Of a DNA stretch of 64,000 nucleotides, positions 13,231 through 28,350 are shown piece after piece. Where the stretch lies: positions 41,602,001 through 41,666,000 of the forward strand of contig OX597824.1 in the NCBI GenBank assembly GCA_951406725.2, read 5' to 3'. The DNA is from Octopus vulgaris (taxonomy: Eukaryota). The translations under genes were made by a program, and so were the position numbers. The notes beneath the pieces are model-generated. The model was given only the letters and a program-made list of their open reading frames with translations. It was not told where the DNA came from and searched no databases. The first letter of the stretch is position 1; each line of letters opens with the position of its first letter.

Positions 13231-13454
13231 TATGTGTATATATATGTATGCATATATATTTATGTTTTTTGAAATTAGCTATTTCATCTTTAAATATGAG
13301 AATTTAAATACTAGGTTTCATTATATACAATCGTTTATAGAGGTTATTTTAGTTCTTGATTATATATATTTTCATTGATAATTTTATATTTTATATATAT
13401 TAGTCATTTCAAATTTATATCTTAAAAATATTGATTATATTTAAGGTCTTGAAA

Positions 13455-13500
13455 CCACCTGATGAATGTCCATAGAAGTGACAAGAAACGATCGTAGTGG
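13455..13500 (+). ncRNA. Minimal type I hammerhead ribozyme motif
   Basis: ccac-CTGATGA-atgtc-catagaagt-gacaa-GAAAC-GATC-GTA-gtgg. Stem I ccac/gtgg, stem II tgtc/gaca, palindromic stem III acgatcgt. Lies in an AT-rich module (13250-13600) that ends in (TA)n. Confidence 0.85.
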
Positions 13501-13591
13501 ATATCTTAATTATATTTAATTTATATAAAAGTTTTTATGTATTGGATTAAGTCTTTCTTTGTTTGATTTGCATAATAGTGGTTTTGTCTAA

Positions 13592-13653
<62 letters not shown>

Positions 13654-13741
13654 ATGTGTGTGTGTGTGTGTAAATCAAAAATTGAATAATTATAAATTTA
13701 ATTCAGTTTAAATATTTTATACAAACAAAAGATACATCTCA

Positions 13742-13831
13742 TAAATTACAGCTGTTTCCACTTGATTAATAAAAACGAAATTATTCAAGAATAATACAGG
13801 TAACATAAACCAGTAAATTCTTCCGATAATT
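13742..13831 (-). ncRNA. Degenerate hammerhead relic with long stem II
   Basis: Minus strand CGGAAGA...cttgaataa..ttaatcaag..GAAAC-AGCT-GTA. Confidence 0.4.
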
Positions 13832-13869
13832 AATATCCCTTATGTGTATTTTACACCTAGCTAAACTGT

Positions 13870-14810
<941 letters not shown>

Positions 14811-15247
14811 ACTGAAAATCATACTATCGTTTTACATAGATATCGAAATGACTAGCATCGATCCAAACTCTGTTGATAACCGGCGTAGCTGAAATACTAC
14901 TATAAATCTACACGTTGTGTAGATTTTATTGCATTGTTACATACACATAATTTTGAGAGACATCTTACAAGTACTATAGAATACATCATCAGCAATGTAT
15001 CTTGGGTTTCAGATGGTTTCGGCTCATTCAATTTTAGACCCCCTTGCTCATTTGACCCAGCTGAGGTCGATCAAGTCATAGCATACATCCTCCAATAGCA
15101 GCAAAACCACTAGTCTGTCAACATCGTCCAAATCCACCTTTATAAATTATAACGCTTCTCTTTGCTGGATCAGTAACTCTAAGCTAAGTCAGAGCTTGCC
15201 TCAAAACGTCAACGAATTTCGCATATTTTACAACATGCATATATTTA

Positions 15248-15597
15248 TCTTTTGCTTGTTTCAGTCATTATAATTGCGGCCATGCTGTGGCACCACCTTG
15301 ACGAAATTTTAGTCGAATGAGTCGACCCCCGTACTTATTTCTTTTAAGCCTGGTACTTATTCTATTGGTTTCCTTTGCCGAAATGCTAAGTTACTGGGAC
15401 ATAAGCACACAAATACAAGTTGTCAGGCGGTGGTCGGACACTCATGCACGATGGGTTTCTTTCAGTTTTCGTCTAACAAATCCACTCATAAGGCTTTGGT
15501 CGGCCCGAGTCTATAACTGAAGACATTTGCCAAAGTTGCCACCCGGAACTGTGTGGCTGGAAAGCAATCTTAGCACTACACAGCCACGCCTGCGCCT
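15248..15597 (-). mobile_element. SINE family B, lacking the internal microsatellite
   Basis: Head and tail match the family consensus. Confidence 0.85.
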
Positions 15598-15954
15598 ATA
15601 TTGAACACTTTAGCTTTAAACGCATAAACTATGGGATACCAGAGGTAAAAATAATAGCAGAGAATCAGCAGCAGTTGTGATATCACCTAGCCTTTGTCCA
15701 CCTTCGATGTAGATGTATTGACTAGAAGGTAAAAGTATGCATGAAGTCTGGACAATGAAGTGAATACAACATATCTGACCTGCAACACTGAAAACTCAAC
15801 TGTCAGTTGGAGGAAGTAGTGTTGTTATCAAACAAGCGAACTCGTGAAGTTGTGCGAGCTTTAGACAAAACGTACCATCATTCACGGCTTTCTATGCTTG
15901 GCGTTCAAATACTTTCCAGATCATTTTAGTTGGTTGTTTTTTTCTAGGGGTTTT

Positions 15955-15955
15955 G

Positions 15956-15999
<44 letters not shown>

Positions 16000-16082
16000 T
16001 ATTATTATTATTATTGTTGTTGTTGTTGTTGCTGTTGTTGTTGTTGTTGTTGTTGTTGTTATTATTATTATTATTATTATTA

Positions 16083-16131
<49 letters not shown>

Positions 16132-16132
16132 T
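15955..16132. repeat. (ATT)n/(GTT)n trinucleotide repeat
   Basis: Directly visible. Confidence 0.95.
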
Positions 16133-16135
16133 CAA

Positions 16136-16316
16136 AGGCGGTGAGCTGGCAAAGTCGTTAGCATGCCTGGCGAAATGCTTAGGGGTATTTCGTCTGTTGC
16201 TACGTTCTGAGTTCAAATTCTGCTGAGGTCGACTTTGCCTGTCATCCTTTCGGGGTCGATGTAATCGACTATCCTCCTCCTCACAAATTTCAGGTTTCAT
16301 GCCTATAGTAGAAACG

Positions 16317-16317
<1 letters not shown>
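16136..16317 (+). mobile_element. SINE family A (short tail)
   Basis: ggcggtgagctggca...gttcaaattc...atgcctatagtagaaa. Confidence 0.85.
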
Positions 16318-16399
<82 letters not shown>

Positions 16400-16401
<2 letters not shown>

Positions 16402-16835
16402 GTTTGACTTTTGCTTTATATTTGTACAAGTTGGCTCCAAGTCTCACCCAGAGACCTCAAGAGACAACAGGTTGGAAGTTCATGTTGTTGTTATGCTTAG
16501 TGTGCCATATATTGGGGGGGGGGGGAGTTTTTGGTGTTGTACTAATGAATGTCTAAAAAAAAAAATTCTTTTCTTTTTTTTTTCCCTTTTTTTTTCTAAA
16601 AACCGAAAATTATGTTTGTTTTAAACCTTGAGATTACATAGAAAGTATTTTGCGTAGGATATGAGCAGTTCCCATGAGCACTATCTTTTGAATTTCTGCC
16701 ATTTTGGGGTTTCCTGGTATCTGAGTTAGGTAGCTATCAGCCCCTTTTGCTATCATTCTCAGGGCACCTATGACAACAGGTATTGTTTTAGTCTTTAGGT
16801 TCCACATTTTGCTGATTTCTATTTCAAGATCTTTA

Positions 16836-16837
<2 letters not shown>
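16400..16837 (-). mobile_element. 5'-truncated R4/Dong-like non-LTR retrotransposon inserted in (TAA)n
   Basis: Open frame 16837-16634 YKDLEIEISKMWNLKTKTIPVVIGALRMIAKG...EIQKIVLMGTAHILRKILSM* is the RLE C-terminus. A 3' UTR follows, and (TAA)n arrays lie on both sides. Confidence 0.85.
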
Positions 16838-16899
<62 letters not shown>

Positions 16900-17481
16900 T
16901 GATAGATTAACTAGATGTGGTAATTTTAAGAAAGTGTTAGATGGTAATTAATAAGTGAAAAACAAACCTGAACCATCACTCGGTTTGGTGTATGTAGAAA
17001 GAAAGCTGTGTGGAAGAATCTATTTATATTCTTAGTTACACTGACCTTTGAATATCATATACATATTATATTAACGCTGACTTGGGCCATAAAATGGCTC
17101 AGAAAGTAGGATAATATACTTTATAGCAATTGGTTTTTGGTGAACGCTAGACTGAACTAGACATGACTTTCACTTCAATACTTGAAACTGGTGAAATAAC
17201 TACCAATTAGTACATTTGGATAGGTTCGATAATCTTATAACATTTGTTTGTAGGATATTTACTCTTACACGTGTCTGGGTGGAAATAGATGGACAAAAGA
17301 ATAATGTGTTAGGCAGTTAGCTGACAGAACCCTGATACCTATCCTAGCATAGGCACGATATTGTGTATGTAGTCAGGACATTTAATTATTAATTGGTTCA
17401 GCTATCTTAGTTAAATAGATTTCAGATGACAGGAACCGCTAACGGCAGTAAGCGACGGTTGTACTCAATATTTGAAAGAAA

Positions 17482-17800
17482 GCGCGTAGATTAGCGGTTG
17501 AGTTAATCGGCTCACAATCGTGAGGTGGTGAGTTTGAAACGCGGCAGCGCGTTGAGTTCTTGAGCAAAACACTTTATTTCACGCTGCTCCGGTCCATTCA
17601 ACTGGCAAAAATGAGTAGAACATGTATTTCAAGGGGCCAACTTTTCACATTCTGTATCATGTTGAAGCTCCCTGAGAACTACGTTAGTGGTACGCGTGTC
17701 TGTGGAGTGCTCAGCCACTTGCAAGTTAATTTCACGAACAGGCTGTTCCGTTGATCGGATCAACTGGAAAATCGTCGCCGTAACCGACGGAGTGCCAGTC
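17482..17800 (+). mobile_element. SINE family C, tail type 1
   Basis: ttcttgagcaaaacactttatttcacg core; tail ending accgacggagtgccagt. Confidence 0.85.
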
Positions 17801-19687
17801 TTATTTTTTACTCTATAATCGAAAAATGATCCTCTCCTGGAAGCCTAGAGAAAGTGAGTTATACAAAACGCTGTATTAATCTTTCTCAGAATCAGTACAT
17901 GAAGACGAGATCTTAGTGAGCCTCTATAATCAACAGAATTGGGGCACGGCAATCGCTAATGATAATAATATAACTAAGAAAGGAATCAGTATTTGAATAT
18001 TATTAACCAGGAATAAAGCCACTCTATTTTTAATGAATAGAGAATGGGAAATTACGATATTTATGCATTTTTCAAGTTCATAATCGACGTAAGTTAAACG
18101 AAATGGCTTCAAATAAGTGTTGAAACCACATTGTGGTTTCGGTTTGTCCTACTGCATTCGCTGTCAAGGGAATGGAAATGTGGGCTAAAAATATGATGTC
18201 CATAGCTTTCTGGAAGGAATTAGTTTGTTAGGTGTAATTAGTCACTAACTTAGTTCATTAATAGCTTGAGAGAAGTGAAATGGCTTCAGCCGAGAACTCA
18301 AGCTACGAGGCAGAGCTTTTCTAGCTGAGTCTTTTCTTTTTGCTTCGCGGTGATTATCGCACATATTGTATTGATATTGATTTCTGACTTGGCTGGGACT
18401 TAAGTTATCGATAAAAAAACACAGCACCATTGTTATCTGCATTTACTTCGTAATGTAATCCAATCGATTATATGCGAATCTTGTAAACTATAGCCCCCAT
18501 GACAATGATACTGCAAAAATGGGTGGAACGATTTTTGTAAGGTGAAACTGGTAAGGCGAAACTGCCATTTCGTTTCAATCTCCTCTGATTCATTTACATC
18601 GAAAATATTTTAACAAAAGTCACGGACATAAAATTTCACTTTTTCTTTCCAAGAAACGAAGGCTCTTATGTTTCCAAGCCACTTAACATTGAAATGATCC
18701 TGTGAATATACTTATGATGATTCAGCACTTTGTTTTAATCAATGCTGCGTTAATTAATCTATGATGCATTATCAATAAGATTGCCCCCTATGTATAACAG
18801 GTACTACTAGTAGATATTTTATTGATTATGACAGGATAAAATATATAAAATAGTCGATGACCAATGATATATGAACTCGGCGACTTTTTCGAAGCAGCAA
18901 TTTAATTTACTGCTATGCTGTTTCTGATTTCATTACAAAACTACTGTTGTGTTAATATTGGATTAGAATCGCTGTGAAATGGGATGAGATGAGAAGCAAC
19001 ACAGCACATAAGAAAATGACTTACATATTAAATTACGTATCTTTTTCAAGACAAGGTAGGATAATCCGTTGGTGGCAATCGGCACCAACTCCAAATGAAA
19101 AAGGGAGACAATCTGAAGAATCAACATTTCTCCAAAAGTGGCGTGTCATTAAAGACACGCTACTTTTGGAGAATTTACATGCATACACACAAACACACAC
19201 ACACACATACATTCATACATATATGCATCCATCCATCCATACAGACATACATACAGGCAGACAGACAAACAGACAGATATACAAACAAGTGAAAGAGGAT
19301 ATGTATGGATCATGGATAAGAAGTTTGCAAATCCAGTACTCAAGGTACACTTTCAACTTCATAGTTGGAGCGACAGGATACATATCAACCCGTCTGGTGA
19401 AAAGTACGGCTGAACTTGGGATTTTGAGGAGAGAATGCCAATCCTTAATTTATATGTTACAAATGATCACGATATTTGGGACTATAAAAATCTAGAAGAC
19501 CTTAAAATTTAAAGAATAATGGTTAAAACAAGGTTCTTTCTGTCTCAACCTTGCTACAAAGTAGGTGGTAAGTCATAATTGTTTCTAAAATTAAAAAAAT
19601 AAACAGAAAGAGAATATACATACATTAATACGTACTTACATAGGTACATACATATATACATACACTTGGTTTCACAGAAAAATATTT

Positions 19688-19905
19688 ATTTACTACCCAC
19701 AAGGGGCTAAACACAGAGGGGACAAACAAGGACAGACAAACGGATTAAGTCGATTACATCGACTCCAGTGCGTAACTGGTACTTAATTTATCGACCCCGA
19801 AAGGATGAAAGGCAAAGTCGACCTCGGCGGAATTTGAACTCAGAACGTAATGGCAGACGAAATACGGCTATGCATTTCACCCGGCGTGCTAACGTTTCTG
19901 CCAGA
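19688..19905 (-). mobile_element. SINE family A (long tail)
   Basis: Near-consensus copy. Confidence 0.9.
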
Positions 19906-20149
19906 GCAAAAGAAACTGACGCGAATTCTCCAAAGTGGAACAATAAGGATTTGTGTGACCTTCCATAAATTCTTCATGTGAAATTCTTATATGAATAGAT
20001 GCACACACTTGGGTGTATGCATCGATAGTTCAACCAATATATCGACACGACCACAAGTTCACAATCACCGGAAAATCTCTTCAATCAAAAAGTTGTGTTG
20101 CTTTGTTAGCGATCGTTTTACCGTGTATGTGTATAACTTTTACATTTTT

Positions 20150-20371
20150 GCCTTTTCCCTTGTTCCTGTCATTAGAGTGTGGCCATGTTGGGGCACGGCC
20201 TTGAAAATTTAGTCGAATGAATAGACAACCTCAGTGCTTTCCATTTTAAAAGCCTGGTGCTTATTCTATCAGTGTCTTTTGCCGAACCACTAGGTTACAG
20301 GGACGGAAACGAACTAACGCAAGTTGCCAAACGGTGACGGACAAATACACACACATATACACACACATACA

Positions 20372-20416
<45 letters not shown>

Positions 20417-20545
20417 TCGACAAGCTTCTTTCAGTTTCCGTCTCCAAAATCCAATCACAAGGCTTTGACATTTGTCCAAGGTGCCATCGAACCCGGAACC
20501 ATGTGTTTGGGAAGCAAGCTTTTTATCACAGTCACGCCTGCACCT
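20150..20545 (-). mobile_element. SINE family B, older copy
   Basis: Head, internal (CA)n and tail recognisable. Confidence 0.8.
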
Positions 20546-20569
20546 ATATATATATATATTCTCTCTCTT

Positions 20570-21198
20570 TCTCTTTTACTTGTTTCAGTCATTTGACTGC
20601 GGCTTTAGTCGAGCAAATCGACCCGGGACTTATTCTTTGTAAGCCCAGTACTTATTTTATCGGTCTCTTTTGCCGAACCGCTACAGTGACGGGGACGTAA
20701 ACACACCAGCATCGGTTGTCAAGCGATGTTGTGGGGGTGGGGACAAACACAGACACACAAGCACACACACATACATATATATGTATACATATAGACGACA
20801 GGCGGCGAGCTGGAAGAATCGTTAGCACGCCGGGCGAAATGCGTAGCCGTTTTTCGTCTGCCGCTACGTTCTGAGTTCAAATTCCGCCAAGGTCGACTTT
20901 GCCTTTCATCCTTTCGGGGTCGATAAATCAAGTATCAGTTACGCACTGGGGTCGATGTAATCGACTTAATCCGTTTGTCGGTCCTTGTTTGTCCCCTCTG
21001 TGTTTAGCCCCTTGTGGGTAATAAGGAAATATATAGACTACAGGCTTCTTTCAGTTTCCGACTACAAAATCCACTCACAAGGCATTGGTCGACCCGGGGC
21101 TATAGCAGAAGACACTTGCCCAAGATGCCACGCGGTGGGACTGAACCCGGAACCATGTGGTTGGTTAGCAAGCTATTTACCACACAGCCACTCCTACG

Positions 21199-21200
<2 letters not shown>
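20570..21200 (-). mobile_element. SINE family B interrupted by a family A copy
   Basis: Tail at 20570-20800, head at 21040-21200. Confidence 0.9.
20801..21031 (+). mobile_element. SINE family A (long tail) nested in family B
   Basis: 15-bp TSD atatagac(g/t)acaggc at 20789-20803 and 21031-21045. Confidence 0.9.
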
Positions 21201-21244
<44 letters not shown>

Positions 21245-21522
21245 CATGCATATATACATACATATATACACACACGCACACACTTACACACACACACACA
21301 CATATATATATATAATACAAAATGGGACAAGAACACAAAACATCCGGACAGCTAGGTGATACAAAAAGGGACGACAAAACATCCAGATAGACGATACAAA
21401 GAAAACAAGGACGGGTCATATATATATATATATATATATGTATGTATAGACACACACACATATACATATATATATGAATTCGTCTTGCTAGATTCCTGAT
21501 GTGAAATAGTGTGTACAAACAG

Positions 21523-21601
21523 ATATTGTTATATTTCAGAATGGTCTTTTTTTTTCATTTGGCAAGAAAAAACAAATGACCATCCCGAAATATAACAATA
21601 T
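21523..21601. repeat. Foldback inverted repeat (24-bp arms) abutting (TA)n
   Basis: atattgttatatttcagaatggtc / gaccatcccgaaatataacaatat. Confidence 0.85.
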
Positions 21602-22046
21602 ATATATATAAAAAATGTGTGAGTTTGTGTGATTATGTGAGTGTGTGAGTGTGTGTGTGAATTAGTGACAGGAAGGGGATGGGGTGTGACGCGTGGTAAA
21701 AAATTTCGCCGTGTACGCGTGCCTGGGTCTATCAGCTGCAACCATTGCCCCGAATAACAGGTGGAAAAGAATGCAATGGTAATGGTGGTGGTGGTGGTGG
21801 TGATGGCACTAAGACTAGCAGTAGTAATAGTTCTGGCTTGATCCTAAAACGACCTTCATGGAGCAGAGCTATGGTCAAAGGCATTCCAGACGTGACCATC
21901 CCGTCGTTTTCAATGTGAGTCGTTACCAAGACTATATTTGCCTACCACTCCATTTATGCGACCGTAGGCCAGGGATGTTAGACTCGAGAGAATTTGGCTA
22001 CCATTTCAAGCACATCGAGCGACCACAAAGGGACTTCTCAATGGTC

Positions 22047-23125
<1,079 letters not shown>

Positions 23126-23501
23126 TGGTTTTATTTTTATGCTATGGGTTGTAATAATAGTTGTTATTGGTATTGTTAAGTCAGATCCAGCTGGTCTGTG
23201 ATCATTGGCACCACAACCGTGACCGCCACATCTTATGTATATTTATATCAGACACAACATTGACCAGTGTGTTGTTTCTTTGTGTAAGCTAATATAGGTT
23301 GTCTTTGAACAAATTTGGCTGCTATTTCTAGTTCTAGCTGTTATTGCTGGATTTGTAGCCATTGGGGTTGTAGTCTAGAGCGACATTTGAGGAAGATTTG
23401 GTTGCTAACTGAAGCCCTTCGTTGAATAAATGTGGCGGTAGTGTTGATGACGGAGACACTGTTAGGTCTTAGCTTCTTTGCAAAATAATTACTTTCTTGA
23501 T

Positions 23502-23597
<96 letters not shown>

Positions 23598-24129
23598 TAT
23601 ATATATACTGTTTATATGTTTGTACTGTCGTTACCGTCTTGCTTTTTTTCACCCCTCTGCGAAAAGATCTCAGAATTTTAATTGATTTGCTTTTCGCAGG
23701 AAGGAATTTTTCATTCGAAGTATACGTCTCGCTTTTATCCTTCGAAACGTTTAGTAGATGAAACTTTAGCGACTGAAGAAGGGGATTTTTCGTTGTGCTT
23801 ATTGTCCTGTATCTCTCTCTTTTTTTTTTGCCTGTCTTGTTCCTTGCTTTGTGTCTATGTTTTTCGTCTCTCTATGTGTTCCACGTCTTTTTGGTGTCCT
23901 GTACACATATATGCGTGTATATGTACATGTAGAGGTAGGTACGTACATATATGTTTATATATATGCATATATTTTATTAACATATTATACATATATATAT
24001 ATATATAAAAACCAGCTTAGAGAAGAAGAGGAAACGAAACGAAACCAAACTTATATATGCATGTATATATACATGTAGATGTAGGTACGTACATATATGT
24101 TTGTATGTATGCATATATTTTATTTATTA

Positions 24130-24242
<113 letters not shown>

Positions 24243-24590
24243 GCAGGAGTGACTGTGTGGTAAGTAGCTTGCTTGCCAATCAGATGGTTTCGTGTTCAGT
24301 CCCACTGTCTGGCATCTTGTGAATGGAAGCCCGTTGTATATATATATGTATGTACTTGTGTGTGTGTGCATGTGTATAAATGTTTGTGTATCTGTGTTTG
24401 TCCCATACCATCGCTCGATAACAGATGTTGGTGTGTTTACGTCCCCGTAACTTAGCGGTTCGTCAAAAGATACCGATGGAATAAGTACTAGGCTTACAAA
24501 GAATAAGTCCTGGGTGTCGATTTGTTCGACTAAAGGCGGTGCTCCAGCATGGGCGCAGTTAAATGACTGAAACAAATAAAAGAATAAAAG
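24243..24590 (+). mobile_element. SINE family B with a deletion in the core
   Basis: Head and tail match the family. Confidence 0.85.
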
Positions 24591-24609
24591 AATATATATA
24601 TATATATAT

Positions 24610-24805
24610 ATATTGTATATATGAAAGAAATTGTTGTATACAGTGCTCAGGTGTTCTACAATTAAAAAAAACAAAACAAAACAAAAGAGACATCAGGTGT
24701 ACTATGGCGGATTTCAGGAAGCATGGAAGTTTTGAAGGATGTAATGCCTCGACCGCTAACGACTGATGTGGGTTGTTTATTCCATGCCTCAACAATTCTG
24801 AATGT
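24610..24805 (-). mobile_element. CR1-type LINE 3' end
   Basis: Minus strand FRIVEAWNKQPTSVVSGRGITSFKTSML resembles the CR1 C-terminal RVVNAWNSLP..VV...LNSFK motif. Confidence 0.7.
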
Positions 24806-24914
24806 CTCCGAAAGTCATAGGTACTATGTTATTCTTTTTTATATATATATTTTGTAAGTATGTTCACGAGTATTTGTCATATATATATATATGTATATAT
24901 ATATGGTTAATCCA

Positions 24915-25165
24915 AACAAGAACAAAGAGAAAATACAACAACGCGAGGACGTGGAAGAAGTATATTTATATATTTAGGGAGAGTTCACGTAAAAAACGAA
25001 AGACGAAGACGGGTGGTGTAGAAAACAAACAGATGTATTAGTATAACGCTCAGGAATTGAAAAAGTCTTTCACGTTTCGAGCCTACGCTCTTCTACAGAA
25101 AAGAACACAGAAAGAAACAAGGAAAGAAAAAATGTGTGTAGTGGCTACCGATCTATCATGGCGAC
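24915..25165 (-). mobile_element. Dispersed repeat carrying an HHR-like motif; related copies at 54385-54570(-) and 58270-58480(+)
   Basis: Shared acaacgcgaggacgt and acgctcagga motifs, plus CTGNNGA-AGAGC....GCTC-GAAAC. Confidence 0.6.
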
Positions 25166-26131
25166 TGTATGTTGTATGTATGTATGTGTGTGTGCGTATA
25201 TGTAAGTATATATGACGGGCTCGATCCAGTTTCCTTCTACCAAGTTCACACTCAAGGCGTTGGTCGTTCGTGATTATAGCAGAAGACACTTGCTCAATGC
25301 GCCGCGAAATAGGACTGAACTAGAAACTATGTTTACAAAACAAGCTTCTTAACCAGACACACACACGCACACACACACGTGCGCACACACACATGAACAC
25401 ACACACACGCACACGTATGAATTACTATGTGTGTGTAAATATATATATATATATAAATACGTATTCACGCATACACACACAGATATATATCCGTTCTTTC
25501 ATCCATCTAAACATCCACCAATGTAGCGTTCCACCCACTCATCCATATCTACCCACTCCTTTCAAACCAACCATCTATTGATGTACTACATTCATATACA
25601 TCCACCTGTGGCGCCACAGAGATACCAAATCTTTGGTCTAACTTAACTACAATAAATTCTACGTCATTGACAAAACAACAGGACAATACATTATATTTAA
25701 TATCCTGTGTTTTATCAAACTGCAGTCACTAGCTACGTTATTTCTTTATTTTTTTTGTCTTGTTTTCTGATATGATTTATTTATTTTTGATTATGCTTGT
25801 TTGCTCCATGGTGAACGCTGGAGCGTATGGTACAGCTTCCGGTATGTCGTCTGAGTCGTCGCCAGTCGATTTCACTTGCAATAATAATAATTGTTTCAAA
25901 TTTTGGTACTCGGTCAAAAATTTTAGTAACTGGTTAGTTGATTACATCGTCCCCCAGTATTTGACTGCTGCTTTATTTTATCAGCCTCGAAAGGATGAAG
26001 GATTAAGTTAACCTCGGCGGGATTCGAACTCGGAACGTAATCATCTTTTCATTGGCCAATCTTATGTAACTAGCTTTTGGTGAAGCAGGGAGTTCGACAT
26101 TGCTGCCTCTTATGAGTTTCCTGTTTTTATA

Positions 26132-26350
26132 CAGGGTTGGCCAAAAGTCCCCCGACAACAGTAAATAAAAATTCCATAAATAATATCTGTAATTCTGTGT
26201 TAACGTGAATGTAAAAATGTGTCGCTCAAAGACTTCGGTTTGAACAATTTTCATGATGTTTCATATTAAATTCATTCAGTTGCTAAACATAAATAAATCT
26301 TGGAATTAAATGGTTTTAATTTACTGTCAAGTGACTTTTTGCCAACCCTG
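26132..26350. mobile_element. Tc1/mariner-type MITE
   Basis: TIRs cagggttggccaaaagtc / gactttttgccaaccctg. TA on the left, TT on the right. No coding capacity. Confidence 0.8.
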
Positions 26351-26724
26351 TTTAGGCTCATCTGGGATCTTGGGTAGCGGGAGGTCAAGATGTTTTTTGA
26401 AAACATCTACCCGTACTCTATTAATATCCCTCAGATGTTTTGGCAAGGCATTAAATAGTTGTGTGCCCTGAAACAAACTTTGGAAATGTCAAATGTGTTT
26501 GGTATTTTACAGACAAGGAAGTAAATTGCGAACGTAGTAAAGCTGTAAGCAGAGAAAGATTGAGTAATGACCCATATAAGACAGAAAAAAATTACCAGCA
26601 GATGACTACGGAACTCAAAACCGTACCCCTTAGATAACGGCATTCGATGCATTCGAAAGCTACAATTGTTATTGGAAGCCATTTAGCTTAATGGTTAGAA
26701 CATTCAGCCGGTATCTGAGGAACC

Positions 26725-26778
<54 letters not shown>

Positions 26779-26894
26779 AATGTAATATGTGTCAATTATT
26801 CGGTAACCATGATAAATTTAGTGGGGAGGGGCAACACGTACACACATGACAGGCTTCTTTCATTTTCCAGCTAGGAAATCCACTCATAAATATT

Positions 26895-27320
26895 TCTTAT
26901 CTTGGTACGAAGCCATGAAAATTTTGGGAGGAAGGAGGCTCGTCAATGACATCGAACCCAGTGCGTAACTGGTACTTATTTTATCGACCCCGAAAGGTGA
27001 AAGGCAAAGTCGACTTCGGCGGAATTTGAACTCAGAACGTAGTGACAGACGAAAAACCGCTAAGTATTTCACCCGGCTTGCTAACGATTTTTATTTTTTT
27101 ACTACCCACAAGGGGCTACACACAGAAGGGACAGACAAGACAGACAAACAGATTAAGTAGATTATATCGACCTCAGTGCGTAACTGGTACTTATTTAATC
27201 GACCCCGAAAGGATGAAAGGCAAAGTCGACTTCGGCGGAATTTGAACTCAGAACGTAACGGCAGACGAAATACCGCTAAGCATTTCGCCCGGCGTGCTAA
27301 CGATTCTGCCAGCTCGCCGT
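26895..27320 (-). mobile_element. SINE family A head-to-tail dimer (long-tail unit, then short-tail unit)
   Basis: The second unit starts at aatcgttagca immediately after the tail of the first. Confidence 0.85.
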
Positions 27321-27733
27321 TCTTAGTCTGAAGAATAATGCCACAACGTAATATGTGTGTGCGTAATTGTGTGTGCGTGTGTTCGTCTGCATGAGTGTGT
27401 GTGTATGTGTTCGTGTGTGTGGGTGTGTGAAATAGACACCTGTGTGCATGATAGGGTACGTCATAGTATATGTGTAATCGTATGTGTGTGTGTGTGTGTG
27501 TGTGCGCGCGGGATTGTGAAGGTACATCCGAGTAATATAGGAACAAAAGGGTCCGTAGGTAAAAATGGTTGAGAGGCACTGGTCTAGAAGAAGTATTCTT
27601 CGAAGAAATATCCTTGGCTGATTCATAATAATTAGAGAATTGGCAAAGCTGCATGTGAAAGAAATGGGTTGCAGAGAAAGAATCCAGAGTAAACGACTGA
27701 AGGAACATATATGTGCGTGCACACACACACACG

Positions 27734-27825
<92 letters not shown>

Positions 27826-27990
27826 AATCAATCAATCAATCTATCTATCTATATATATACACACACATACAGGTGTAAGCATATACGCATATATACATAT
27901 ATAAAAGTTATATATTTATGCGTGTCTCTATGTATGAGTGTGTGAATGTATATATATATGCATATACATATATATGTGTACATACATACA

Positions 27991-28040
<50 letters not shown>

Positions 28041-28306
28041 TGCACACATACATAAATACACACACATATTTAGCTCACTTCCTAAACAACAAAGCGGTTA
28101 ACAACCGGCCAACGGCACCTAACTAATGGATTATTGATTACAGGCAACAGCTTGTTGTATAAGTTACAACGACATGCCTACATACATACATACATGCATA
28201 AATATATGCATGTATATATACTATATATATACATATATATATAGTACATACATATATACATACATATATATAAACACATATATATGCTTACACATATATA
28301 TATATA

Positions 28307-28350
<44 letters not shown>

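Noticed and set aside
14925-15030. Minus-strand CTGATGA with cattg/caatg flanks
   Set aside because: The GAAA core is missing (caaaat) and there is no convincing stem II.
23728-23786. GAAACGTT...CTGAAGA in type II hammerhead order (similar arrangement at 57595-57640, minus strand)
   Set aside because: Stem I pairing is not convincing; it cannot be supported without a family alignment.
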